Positions 1 through 12,374 of a DNA stretch of 64,000 bases are shown in pieces (the first letter of the stretch is position 1; every line of letters starts with the position of its first letter). The DNA is taken from assembly GCF_006345805.1 (NCBI RefSeq), contig NC_043003.1, positions 35,526,001 through 35,590,000 of the forward strand, read 5' to 3'. Source of the DNA: Octopus sinensis (taxonomy: Eukaryota). The notes beneath the pieces were generated by a model. That model saw nothing but the letters and a program-made list of their open reading frames with translations. It was not told the DNA's origin and did no database searches. A program made the translations under genes and the position numbers.

Positions 1-399
1 GACGCTTGCAACATAAAATCTAGCCATATGATGAAACAAATACAAACATGCGAACACACTCATAAATATACTTGTGTATGTGTATGTGTATGTGTGTGTG
101 TGTCGAGAGAAAGAGAATGTATATGTGTGTGTGTGGCTCTATATATGTGTGTATGTGTTGTCAGGTTTTTATATTTTTTTTGTCTTCAGTCTTAATCATT
201 CATATCTAATCAAACTTAACAATATACTGCTAGTGTTTGAAGCTGTGTAATTTAAAATTTTTCTATCTAAATAAATATGTACACATATTTCATCTATGTA
301 TATCATCCAGCGTAATTCCTATATAAATGTGAGCAAGTACATTTTTAATCATATGCGAGCGCTTTTGTACTTACATAGATATATTTATTTACATATGTA

Positions 400-666
400 T
401 CTCTCTCTATATATATATTTATCTGTTTGAGTCTCTGTGTGTGCGTGTGTCTGTCTGTCTGTGTCTGTGTCTCTATGCATGCGTGTATGTGTCTGTGTGT
501 GTTCATGTATTCGATGCGATTTTGCTTCGATATATAAAGGCATGCATATGGCTGTATGTTCTCCATGTAATTTTATTTACGAGTGGTCCATATATTTATA
601 TTTATTCTTATGTAACTATCTATAAATATATTCACATAACACACAAACACACAAACTGTCATCCAT

Positions 667-722
<56 letters not shown>

Positions 723-900
723 CTCACTCTCATAACTATAAGCACACCAACATATAAACAATTGTACATATATATTATTATGCACAACTATATATATATA
801 TATACACATCTTTACAAGAATACCAGTACATATATATACACACACACACAACTACATAATGATATACACACGGACATAATCATAAATATGTAAACACACT
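400..900. repeat. Compound (TG)n/(TA)n/(CA)n microsatellite region
   Basis: Dinucleotide runs; the ORFs here are YI/CV/HT repeats. Confidence 0.9.
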
Positions 901-1406
901 CTTACGTATACACATACGCACAATCTCCAATACATGCACACAGATTTTGATGTTTGGCTCATGCTGCTGCTGCTACTGTTTTGATTCTTTTTGAAATATC
1001 ACGCCTCTTCATTTAAACCACAAATAACATTTTGTCTGTTGATTAAATTTCCAGAAACCCTTTTGGAAAGAAATTTAATTTTCAATTGTCTTATTTCAAT
1101 AGCTTCTGAGAGATCAAACCCGTTCTTCTCCGATTCGATTCTGCGTAAGAAGTTATTCGACTAAAACAAGAATAGTTGTAATTACATTCTTATTGTTAAA
1201 CAGAAAATCGAATCAGTGAACAGCGTTGAAATGTCACCACGTATATATGTCTGTTTATAGGATTAAACGAGGTAATGAGTAATGTAGAGCTTAACAAAGA
1301 ACTATGTCATTGGAGATTTGAGATGCAATCTTTATTATTTGTTTATATATGTATGATTTTATGTATCTTATATGCGTGTCTATATATATATATATACGTG
1401 TGTATG

Positions 1407-1439
<33 letters not shown>

Positions 1440-1469
1440 ATGTATGTATATATATATATGAATGTATGA

Positions 1470-1516
<47 letters not shown>

Positions 1517-1669
1517 TTTATATATATATATATATACGTGTGTATGTATATATATATGTATGTATATATACATGCATATATGTACTCAGGCCTTTATAGA
1601 TAGACACTCATACATATAACTCATGTGTATGATTATGTATGTGTGCACGTTATACATATATCACGTGAT

Positions 1670-1710
<41 letters not shown>

Positions 1711-2269
1711 ATGACTCCATACATACAATTTTTTATTGAAACTCCCGTTCTGTCTTTAAAGGTAAATAAATTATTTTGATGAGCATTGCTCAGGATGGTT
1801 TGGAATCAAACCTATGTGAGTTTATATGTTCATATTTGCAATCTGCAGTTGTGTATATATACATATACATATATATGTATATATATATGTATATTTACAT
1901 ATATACATATATATTTTTACATGCATACATACATTCATACATACATACAGAGAAGTGAGCTTACAACTGTACTTCTCTAAAGATTTGAAGAAGTAGTCTT
2001 AACCCTGAAATATATCATGCTTGCACTACTTGTGTGTGTGTGTGTGAACTTGTGTGTGTGCGTGCATGCGCGCGCGCGTGTGTGTGATGCTGTATGTTTG
2101 TAAAATGAAGGCTGGTGACATAACGACACACACACAAATATATATATATATATATACACACTCAAACTCACACGCATATATACACATGCAAATATATATA
2201 TATATATATACACACACAGAGAGACACACATACACATGTGTGTGTGTGTTTGTGTGTGTGTATGTGTGC

Positions 2270-2430
2270 ATATACGACGGGCTTGTTTTTGTTGCCGTGT
2301 AATTAATCCATTCACAATGCTTTTGTTGGGCAGAAGCTACAGTAGGAGATACTTGCCCATAATGCTACACAGTGTGGCTGAACCCGGAACCATGCGGATG
2401 TGAAGCAAATGTCTTACCATTCAACCACGT
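2270..2430 (-). mobile_element. Decayed tRNA-derived CORE-type SINE head
   Basis: tatacgacgggctt...gatacttgccc...gaacccggaaccatg is the reverse complement of the family seen at 57444 and 58715. Confidence 0.55.
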
Positions 2431-3424
2431 ATATTTATATTTGTGTTGCATATATAATTTTATCTCATTGAAAGTCGTTTCATCTTGTTGATATCGTATC
2501 ATACTTGAGTAGAATAACAATGTGTAAAAAAAATGGTATCATGTATTGAAATAGAAATCACATTTAATAAAGCAATGAGATTATAATAAGAATCTCTTAG
2601 AGTTATTAATTAGTTCACAGGTCATAGTCTGAGTTTATCATGGATGGCACCTAAGTGAAGAGATTTGATTTGTTGTACGTGTTAAATTTTCCGGAACTAA
2701 TTACATTTTATCTTCTCAAGATTCGTTTGTGTCGCTACGGATCACATGGGTAGTGAGCAGATGGAATTAAACCTAATTTTAAAAGTTTTGTCCCCTTCTT
2801 GCATTCATGCTTCATGCTTATAAAAATTTGATTAGCTGTAATTTTTGTCACGACGAAAGGAATTGTCTAAAGACGAACAGAAGAAACAGATTGCTTGAGA
2901 GAACAATACAACAAAAGAGTAGGAAAGGAGGTGTGGCAGTATGTGCATGAATGTGTATATAATCACGTAAATGTGCATCCATATGTGTGCATGTATGTGT
3001 AAGTGTAATGTGTGTGTAGGTGCATGTATGCGCTTGTGTGTATATATGTATGTGTGTGTTCTTGTGTGTGTGTGTGTTTCAACTGGATTTACTGCAAATA
3101 AAAGTTCGTTTCAGAAATTAAATCTAAACCGTCTGGGAATAAAGTAAGTGTTAAATTCTGTCTACATTGTTTAGTCAACATGTGGATTACTGTTTGCAAT
3201 CAATGGGGATAGCCACAAAGGAAGAAACTGTAAAACTCCACTGTCTCCGTAATAAATATTTTCGACTAATCTTTTGATTTACTTCTTGATGTTTGGTATT
3301 TTGAAGCTCGCTTGCATAGCTCAGTTGATAGTGCATAAAACTTTTATGAGATTATTTTGCAGGTTGATCAGAGGTTTTGTGTTCTGGTCCGTCTGCAGAC
3401 ATAAGTATTCCTTGTAAAGTAGAA

Positions 3425-3620
3425 TCGTTAAGCACGCCGGACAAAATGCTTAGCTTCCTTTCTTTTTTTTTATTTTTTCAATGTTCACGTTCTGCCTTCA
3501 AATGTTATCAAGGTCAACATTGACGTTTAAGAAATGGGGACGATACAAATAGAGCAAGCTAAACACTGGAGTCGATACAATTGACAACCCACCCCACCCG
3601 AAAATTCAGGTCTTATTTCT
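3425..3620 (+). mobile_element. Decayed tRNA-derived SINE (same family as 4860-5399)
   Basis: gaatcgttaagcacgccggacaaaatgcttagc...cactggagtcgatacaattgac resembles the reverse complement of 5240-5399. Confidence 0.5.
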
Positions 3621-3859
3621 GGTAGTAGTAGTAGTAGTAAGAGGAGGAGGAGGAGGATGTGCTGTAACAGCGCATCACTGCATCCACCATTAGTTTATGA
3701 TTTCCTACTCCTGACGGAAACCCTTCAACATATGTCTCTTTTGGGACAGTCATTGCTGGTGAAGTCTTTCTCAGGTCGGCGTGTAAATCTAACCTCGATC
3801 TTTTTTAGTTGCCTTTTACTACACGTAGGAGAAACATCGGGGTCCTTTGACAAATCAGT

Positions 3860-3980
3860 TCCCACACAACACTAGAACAACATGATCTATCTCTCAAGAA
3901 CACAACAAGCCACCGGGTCCGGGAATCGAACCCACGATCTGGTGATCGTACTTTCAGTGACCGAACCACAAAGCCACGCG
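3860..3980 (-). mobile_element. tRNA-derived SINE head (family of 46727)
   Basis: Minus strand has A-box-like tggctttgtgg, B-box ggttcgattccc and gtgttcttgag. Confidence 0.6.
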
Positions 3981-4859
3981 TAGGTTATAAACTAATGTCA
4001 ACTTTGCTTTTCATCATTCTGTGGTCGGTGAATTAAAATCCAGGAAAGATTTCGTGTTCAGTATAATCTACTGACTCTACCTCAGCTTCACTAGATTTCC
4101 GCCTAAACCAGAAAATATATAATTGTATTTATGTAATTGAGTGTGTATATGTGAGATGGCTAATATATTAATTAAGGAAGTTGCAATATCCGTGGCAGTA
4201 ACAAAACGGAACATCAATAAAATCGGAATCAGTAACACGATAAACAACTACACTAACAGCGTTAATTAATATCTGTAACATTTACTATAATAATAAACTA
4301 TATCATTAATTACACGCCTATGTGTCGGTCTTTCATTTCAGTTTGACTAATTTGGCGCTATTCGACTACTCATCACATCTGACCAAATCAATAGCAAAAC
4401 ATCAATCATTGATATAACAACACAAACGACCCCTGGTTGTGACAAATATATGAATATTAGCACTAGTAATAGGGTATCTCTATGCTAGAAATACCAGCCA
4501 AGTCTACCGTCAGTTTCACCTTACAGCACTAAAGTAGTGAAGAATATAGTAAATAATACTCCCCCTAGTTTGTCTAAAGAAGGCGAATAGTCGCGACTGA
4601 AATACTTAACGTTAGGCTCCACAATATGTTTTCTTTTTTTTTGTGCTTAGAAACATCATCTGGAATGCAAACAGTATTCGAACCAGTGACGAACATAGGA
4701 AGAAAAAGATAGTTCTGTATCAACAACAGTTATACTTTAAAGCTATTCGGCATTATGTTTCAAAGAAAATTATAGTACACCACATAAGAATGTTCTGACA
4801 GCAACATAACTAATAACGGCATAAAAAAAAAATGGAACGAATTTTTTTGGAGTGAGGGG

Positions 4860-5399
4860 ATGAGTCAATTACATCGACCCCAGTGCGTATCTGGTACTTA
4901 TTTTATCGACCTCGAAAGGATGAATGGTAAAGTTGACCTCGGTGGAATTTGAACTCAGAGCGTACCATTGGGCGAAATACCTATTTCTTTACTACCCACA
5001 AGGGGCTAAACACAGAGAGGACAAGCAAGGACAGACAAACGGATTAAGTCGGTTATATCGACCCCAGTACGTAACTGGTACTTACTTAATCGACCCCGAA
5101 AGCATAATAGGCAAAGTCGACCTCGGCGGAATTTGAACTCAGAGCGTACCAACGGGCGAAATAACTATTTCTTTACTACCCACAAAGGGCTAAACATAAA
5201 GAGGACAAACAAGGACAGAAAAACGGATTAAGTCGATTATATCGACCCCAGTGCGTAACTGGTACTTATTTAATAGACCTCGAAAGGATGAAAGGCAAAG
5301 TAGATCTCGGCGGAATTTGAACTCAGAACGTAACGGCAGACGAAATACGGCTATGCATTTTGCCCAGCGTGCTAACGGTTCTGCCAGCTCGCCGCCTTA
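4860..5399 (-). mobile_element. Head-to-tail array of three tRNA-derived SINE units
   Basis: Minus strand: ggcggcgagctggcagaaccgttagcacg head, gagttcaaattcc B-box, gcctttcatcctttcgaggtc...taagtaccag central domain, tail ending gggtagtaaagaaatag. About 180-bp units repeated. Confidence 0.9.
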
Positions 5400-7399
5400 A
5401 GAATAGAAAGATTGGCATTAAGTCCTGATAATCGATGAAAATACTCATCTTGGTTAAAATACTGAATGCAAAACTGAAATTTGATATATCTTTCAAAATA
5501 TATTTTCGTATAAGCATCAAATATAGTCATTTAGCTGAATGGTGACTAGTAACAAAGAAAATTAATTTACATTACATATTTTTAGACGAATCATTATCTG
5601 GTAATTTTAGCTTCCATTTGGCATTTGGTTCACATAGCAACAGCAGACATCATGCCACGATTTTTCAATGTGATCATATGATTTATTGTCTCTGTGCTGC
5701 TTTTCCATCCTCTTTGTCTCTGAATTGCATCCTCATTATTTCAAGCTGTGCCTTACAAGAAAATTTGCCAGCAATAAGGTGTAACACTAAGACATTAAGA
5801 CGCAGAAAGTCTTCTATTTAGCTACAAGACATCATGCATATAAAAACGAAAGACAAGCAAAGAAAGAAAATGTCAAAGAAAATCATCCAAGTTTGACTGC
5901 AATTTTGAAGTGATCTTATAAATTGCAGTAAAGCAGAGTGGAGAAAAGGCTTGTTACATAAGGAAACATTCATTAAGTAATTTTCGTATAACGTCTCTTT
6001 AGTCGTCCACGAAAATCAATGTACAATTTCAAATACACGCTTCCAAAACTCAAGTCTCATGCATTAAGGTATAGAAATTGTTTCTACGTTGGAAGGAGCT
6101 GGTGCAACATAAACTCTAAAACAAGTTTGCCTGAACATTCTGTAGAAATTGTATATGCACATGACCTTGTACAATATTTTAACATGTAGATGTACTTTAT
6201 GCAAAATAAGAGAAATATTGTATTAGTATTAATGATGTGTTTGTATTAGGTTCATGGCCGAGAGTATCTTTAACTGAACTGACGTCACAGAATTACATAA
6301 AAATTAAAATTTTAAAGATGACGCTTATAGTTCTTTACCAGTTAGAGATTTGATATAGAACATGTTTCTGGTTTGAACCATGAAAATCATCCATAGATTA
6401 TTTCTTATATTTGGTCACAAGAACACCTGAGCGCATTTCTGCACTATTTGAAGGAAAGGGGTGGGGTATCATACCAAATACAGGGTAGTATAATATTCTT
6501 ATTTGTACTTTTATGATTTCGAGATTCTTTGCTTATTTTATGATATGATGCATTCCTGATTTTTCATCTACATAGTCATTATATTATAAACCATCTTTAT
6601 TAGTGTATTCAGACTTATGACTAAGGTTGCGTATGGTTATATCCTTTACTTTATTCTGTACGACTATATTTGGTGTATAACACGTCAACGGATCTCGTCA
6701 TACATCTGCAACATGGTCAAAAGCATTCCGTTTCACTGTAGCCAGTTAAATAGAGAATGTGCCGTGAAACTTAGTCAGTAAACAGTTTGTAGATACGTAA
6801 CAAAATTGTCTAACACTAATAGGGAATTCAACGTTAATAGAAATTAAATATACTGGTTTGCTTATGTTTAGAGTGTCTGGAGAAAGTGCGGTTCTCTTGC
6901 AAATGATGCCATTCATGTCCCCCTTCAACTTTTGTCTGACAGAAATTAGATATATACTTAATCAAGGGAAGTATTCTAGAGAGCTGAGCTATATGTGAGC
7001 TCTGATTGACTCGATCACAGATAGTCACTTGATACCGAAAAACAATATCGAATAACACGACTGTCGAAAAACTAAAATAATGTTTGTTTTTTCGTTTTTT
7101 TCTCTTATAAAAATATCATGATGAATGTAGCATAACCAATCTGCATGATGCTAGAATATTCGCAGGAACCATAGTTGGCGATAGCAAATATAAATGTTAA
7201 ACAGATAATATGTGTATTCAGAAACAATATTCGGTGAACATTTTCAAGACAGCAACTCTTAATCTTTACAAAAAAATGCCGGTCTCTTAAAAAAAAAAAA
7301 ATCAAAGTTTCCAGAAGAGAAGAAAGTGAGATTTCATGGCGTTTTGAGATCTACTTGGGCTGATGCTTTTGATCTTATATCATAATGGCTTCAAGGCAA

Positions 7400-8220
7400 T
7401 TAGAAATCTTGTTGTACATCTCATGGTCACTGCTTGAGTTTCACTATACATTCGTTATTTCAACAGATACAGTAGAATAGAATGCCGTTGAACATGTAAA
7501 TGCATAACAACTATGCATGTGAGTTAAAATGTTGGCGAGAAAACAATCCTCTTTTATGAAGATATGGTTTATGTATATAGTTGTCGAAGATTTTGGCGAT
7601 TAAGAGGCCATAGGGTGACGACGCAAGGAGGGAAAGAGGATTCATTGAAGGTTATAAACTTATGCGTAGAAAGTTCAGAGGGTTAGAAAATAGGAGAAGT
7701 AAGAAAACAGTGGATATGGTATGCAAAGGAATTGGTTGAATAGTTTTTACACTATTAGCTCATACTTGTAGCATGATGGCCATTCCAGTTATGTCAATAA
7801 TATTGTTATACAAATCGATTTTGAGGATCAGAAACTTATGAAACTTGTAGTATTTGGGTGTTTAATCGAGGAATTTTCTTTTATTCTGTATAATGTGTGA
7901 GATGACGCATTTACATTTACTTTTATTAGGTCATATTCTGAAGCAAGCAAGATTGTATCGCGTGTGTTTTCTCCATGAACGTGATTAATATGTATAATTC
8001 TGCAGTTTCAAAAATATAGGTTATTATGTCTTCATAAGATTATGCTTTACTGGTAGCTCATCCGGAACAATATGAATGCCATGTGTAAATTAGCTAGGCT
8101 ATGCAAGTTTAATAGTATAATATAGGGAAATATCTAATCCAAAATAGTACAATGGTTCACTCACACGTGGGATTATCTACAGAAGGTCGTCGTGAGTCTA
8201 TTACATTATCTAGAACTTGG
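7400..8220 (-). mobile_element. Possible heavily decayed CR1/L2-like LINE RT C-terminal remnant
   Basis: Frameshifted minus-strand pieces (PNKSKCK; LFSL/RRH/LIAKIF) only weakly resemble the CR1 C-terminus. Confidence 0.3.
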
Positions 8221-8728
8221 ATTAAAAATAGCAAGAATCTCAAAACAATACAAGTTATAAATAGCAAAAGGAATGATTAAAGAAAATCACCGAATAATAG
8301 CCGTCGGCAAGAAAAACGCGTAAAAGAATGAATACAAAAAAAATAAAATAAATAATAATGTAAAACTACAATTATTGAAACAAAAGGGATGAAAACTGGT
8401 CATAAAGAAAGCAGTATTAACGAATGAAAGAGAAAACAGGAAACGGAAAAATGTAAGGAAAAGATGGAGAAAAAGAGAAAGAAAATGAGAAAAAGAACAA
8501 ATAGATTTTAGTGGGTGCTTTACTTAAAAAGTAATCAAACAGAAAGTTGCAAAAGAGGTGAGAGGAAATGTAAAATAATAGACAATAATTAAATAAAATA
8601 CAAAAGAAAATACAAGCAGATGGTAATAAAATAGTGTAAAATTTTTAAAAATATGAAAGAGGAAGTCTGAATGTATAATCATAATAATAATGATAATAAC
8701 AACAACAACAATAATGAAAATAATAAAT

Positions 8729-9226
8729 GCCCTGATGCAGTACCAGGTATTGGCCCTCTTGGCTTCTGATCTTAACTGATTTGAAATACATTGTTTTGTC
8801 TCGATAGATGGGCTACAGTAAATATTCTTCTCAATACCAGTTGTTTGACCTTAACCAGTTGAGCATGTCCCTTAGTGACTGAAGGTATGTGAATCTCTGA
8901 TCATGAGCAGAAGTAGTGGGGGAGTATCATAACCGTGTGGTGAGAGGAATTCTTTGGGGTTTGAATTATTCATCTCTGGAAATATTCTTAAACAACCCTT
9001 ATTTAGGGACCTTTTCAGCGAGATGGGCTACTCGACTGGAAGAAAATTCTAACTGGGCCCCACCTGCAAGCTGTTTATCATGATATGAGATCACCATATC
9101 GCGCACATGTGGCTGTGATGCATGTGCCTGGTGTACCCTTGTCAGGCAAATACTCATGATGGGTATAGAGGGCTTCGTATATTTTACCCCAGTGTCACTT
9201 TGATAGCATGTACTGATCTCTCACTC
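8729..9226 (+). mobile_element. About 500-bp non-coding interspersed element flanked by (TAA)n
   Basis: Homologous to the reverse complement of 51238-51535 (gatgcagtaccagg...ttctgatcttaa...atcatgagcagaagtagtgg); bounded by AAT/AAC repeats. Confidence 0.75.
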
Positions 9227-9256
<30 letters not shown>

Positions 9257-9257
<1 letters not shown>

Positions 9258-11204
9258 GTTTTATCTAGTGTAATGTTGTTACTCTTAACTAGTTTTCCTC
9301 TTTTCATGGTTACTTTGGCGCATTTTTCTAATCCAAATTTCATATCCATTTCTTTGGTAAATCCAAGAGGGACTCATGAAAACCAAAGACATCCCCATTA
9401 GAAGAGGAGTATTCCAGGGAGACACGCTCTCTCCACTCCTTTTCTGCTTGGCACTGTCACCTCTATCTGATATGCTAAATAGAACTGGATGCGGATATAA
9501 ATGTTACGGCAAAACGATCAGCCACCTTTTATATATGGATGACCTAAAACTATACGCTGCAAATGACAAACAGCTGGAAACACTATTAAAGACAGTTCAT
9601 GGGTTTACCAAAGAAATAGATATGAAATTTGGATTAGAAAAATGCGCCAAAGTAACCATGAAAAGAGGAAAACTAGTTAAGAGTAACATCATCACGCTAG
9701 ATAAAACCAATGAAATAAAAGAATTAGACCAAAGCCAAACTTACAAATACTTAGGAATCCATGAACTAGATAAGACACAACACACACAAATGAAAGAGAA
9801 AATAAAAAAAGAATATTATAGACGAGTTAGATCAATACTAAACACAGAGCTCAATGCTAAAAACAAGATAATAGGTATCAACACTTTAGCTGTCCCAGTT
9901 ATAAGTTACAGCTACAATATCCTTAACTGGACACGAAATGAACTGACCAAAATAGATAGGAAAACAAGAAAAATAATGACAGGATCTAGAATGCATCACC
10001 CAAAATCTGACATAGAAAGACTATATATACAACGTATAGAAGGTGGTAGAGGCCTTATACAGCTGGAAAACTACTATAAAATAACCACCATAGGACTGCA
10101 AAAATATCTACTTCAGAAGGAAGGAAAACTGATCCAGATAGCGGCAAAACACGAGCAAAACAAAAAACTGTTCTCAGTATTTAAGGAAGCTGACAAATAC
10201 AAACAAGAAATCATACCACCTAATAAACATAAAGAAGAAGAAGATGAAGAAACAACAAAAGCTATAAAACAAATGAAATCCAAACTAAAAATAGAACAGC
10301 AACGAACCATGATAAATCGATGGCAAGAAAAGCCCCTTCATGGTAAATACTGCACTAAACTAAATGCAAAAGAAATAGACAAAGAAAAATCCCAGCAATG
10401 GTTGAGAAGCTCAGGACTCAAAGCAGAGACAGAGGGATTTTTAATTGCAGCACAAGACCAAAGCCTCCCCACCAGAAATTACCAAAACATGTAATGAAAA
10501 GAAATATTACAAGTAACTGCAGAATATATGGAGATGGACAAGAAACAATAAATCATATTATCTCTAGCTGCCCAGTCTTGGCTAAGAAGGAATATATTCA
10601 CAGACATGACAGAGTTGGAACCTACATACATTGGAAGCTATGCCAACATTATGGAATAACAACAGAAAAAAGATGGTATAGGCACACACCAGAAAAAGTC
10701 ACAGAAAACGAGAAAGCAACCATACTCTGGGATATGCCGATACACACAGATAGAGAAATTAAGGCCAACAAACCAGATATAGTTGTCAGAGATCATGAAG
10801 AAAAAAAATGCTTTCTAATTGATGTATCAATACCTGCTGATGACAACGTGTCTCTAAAAGAAATGGAGAAACTCTCAAAATACAAAGACCTGGAAATAGA
10901 GGTAACTAGAATGTGGAATCTGAAAACAGAAACAATTCCTATCATAGTAGGTGCATTAGGCATGACAAAAAAATATTCAGACAAATACATAACAAAAACA
11001 CCAGGACTTACAAACACATATAACATACAGAAAATTGCACTACTAGACACTGCACACATCCTACGCAGAACACTTTCCATGCAATAACCATCAGAGCATC
11101 ACAACAAATCACAGCACATACCCAAGGCACACAGAGCTGCGCTCGGTAGTGAAGTGAAAGCACGCTATAAAAATAAAACTACTGAATAATAATAATAATA
11201 ATAA
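9257..11204 (+). mobile_element. 5'-truncated R4/Dong-clade non-LTR retrotransposon with inverted 5' fragment, in (TAA)n
   Basis: RT (GVFQGDTLSPLLF, YMDD), CCHC-type finger remnant (CRIYG..ETINHIISSC), REL nuclease (KPDIV..LIDVSIP..EK.SKY), (AAT)n on both sides. Confidence 0.92.
9376..11087 (+). pseudogene. RT-REL ORF of the R4/Dong element, one frameshift near 10490
   Basis: ORF 9376-10494 (RT to LPTRNYQ) continues in ORF 10398-11087 (KHVMKRN...HILRRTLSMQ). Confidence 0.9.
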
Positions 11205-11254
11205 TTCCTCCTATAGTCACAAGGCCAGACGTAATTTGAGGAAGGGCCTATTCC

Positions 11255-11410
11255 ATTACATCGACTTTAGTGCTTAATTATTACTTATTTCATCGACACT
11301 GAAAAGTTGAAAGGCAAAGCCGACCTCGGCGGAATTTGAACTCAGAAAGAAAACACGGTGGAAAATGCTGCTAAATATTTTGTAGGACGTTTTGAGAATT
11401 CTGCCAGATC
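11255..11410 (-). mobile_element. SINE remnant (family of 4860-5399)
   Basis: gaaaggcaaagccgacctcggcggaatttgaactcaga. Confidence 0.75.
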
Positions 11411-11836
11411 TCCTCCTCCCCCTCATCTTTCTCTTCCTCCTCATTCTCGTCCTCCTCTTCCGTCTTCCATCTTTTCTTCATCTTCATTCCTAGTAATAAT
11501 AATGATTTTTATTATTTCTTTTATTAGACACAGGGGTTCAGAAGTGTTGGCTATCACAAGGATAGACAACAATTTGCGTCAAGATACACATAAAGGACAG
11601 AAGGGAAGAAATGGAAAACAAGCAATGAAATACAAGGAAAGTATACACAGTATAGAAGCAGATTATTCATTTTTTTTTTAGCTGCAGCCACCTAGATGAA
11701 TAAGTATATCACATGTACAGTCAAGAATTTTTGAGGAAGTGTGCGAAAAAAATAGAAAAGACGATGAATTGCGAGTAGTAGTAGTAGAAAAAAAGAAAAA
11801 AGAAAAAAGAAAAGTAATATAAAGAAAAAAGAAAAG

Positions 11837-11913
<77 letters not shown>

Positions 11914-12039
11914 TATATATATATATCTATCTATCTCTATATATATACATATACACATATATATACATATATATATATATACATATATATTACATATATA
12001 TATATACATATATATATAGAAATATTAAAATAACTAAGT

Positions 12040-12342
12040 CTCTCTAAAAGAGAACAGCGGCAGCGTTCCCGGAAAATAATAGTTATCGCCATACTAATAT
12101 GGCATTCTTATAAAAATAAGAAAAAAGCTGTCCGCTTATTAGCTCCATGAGGCCATCGCCTTAAGTTAGCTATTTGATACACAAACTGTATCCATATAAC
12201 CTTCGAACAAGGGAGGTCAGTCGCTCCACACTACTTGACCGGCAGCTACAGACGCGTTTCGGGGTATTGCCCCTTTTCAATGCAGCGTAGCCACCCAGTA
12301 GGTGTCGCTTCCGACAATCTCTGTTCGATGGTTTTATTTACC

Positions 12343-12345
<3 letters not shown>
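12040..12345 (-). mobile_element. Non-coding PLE-type terminal fragment carrying a hammerhead motif
   Basis: GC-richer island between (TA)n tracts containing the motif at 12245-12286; PLE assignment inferred from that motif. Confidence 0.5.
12245..12286 (-). ncRNA. Minimal type I hammerhead-like ribozyme, U3:A8 core variant, GUC site
   Basis: Minus strand: gcugca UUGAAAA gggg-caaua-cccc GAAA cgcg UC uguagc. Stem I 6 bp (one G-U), stem II 4 bp, palindromic stem III ACGCGU. Confidence 0.75.
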
Positions 12346-12374
<29 letters not shown>

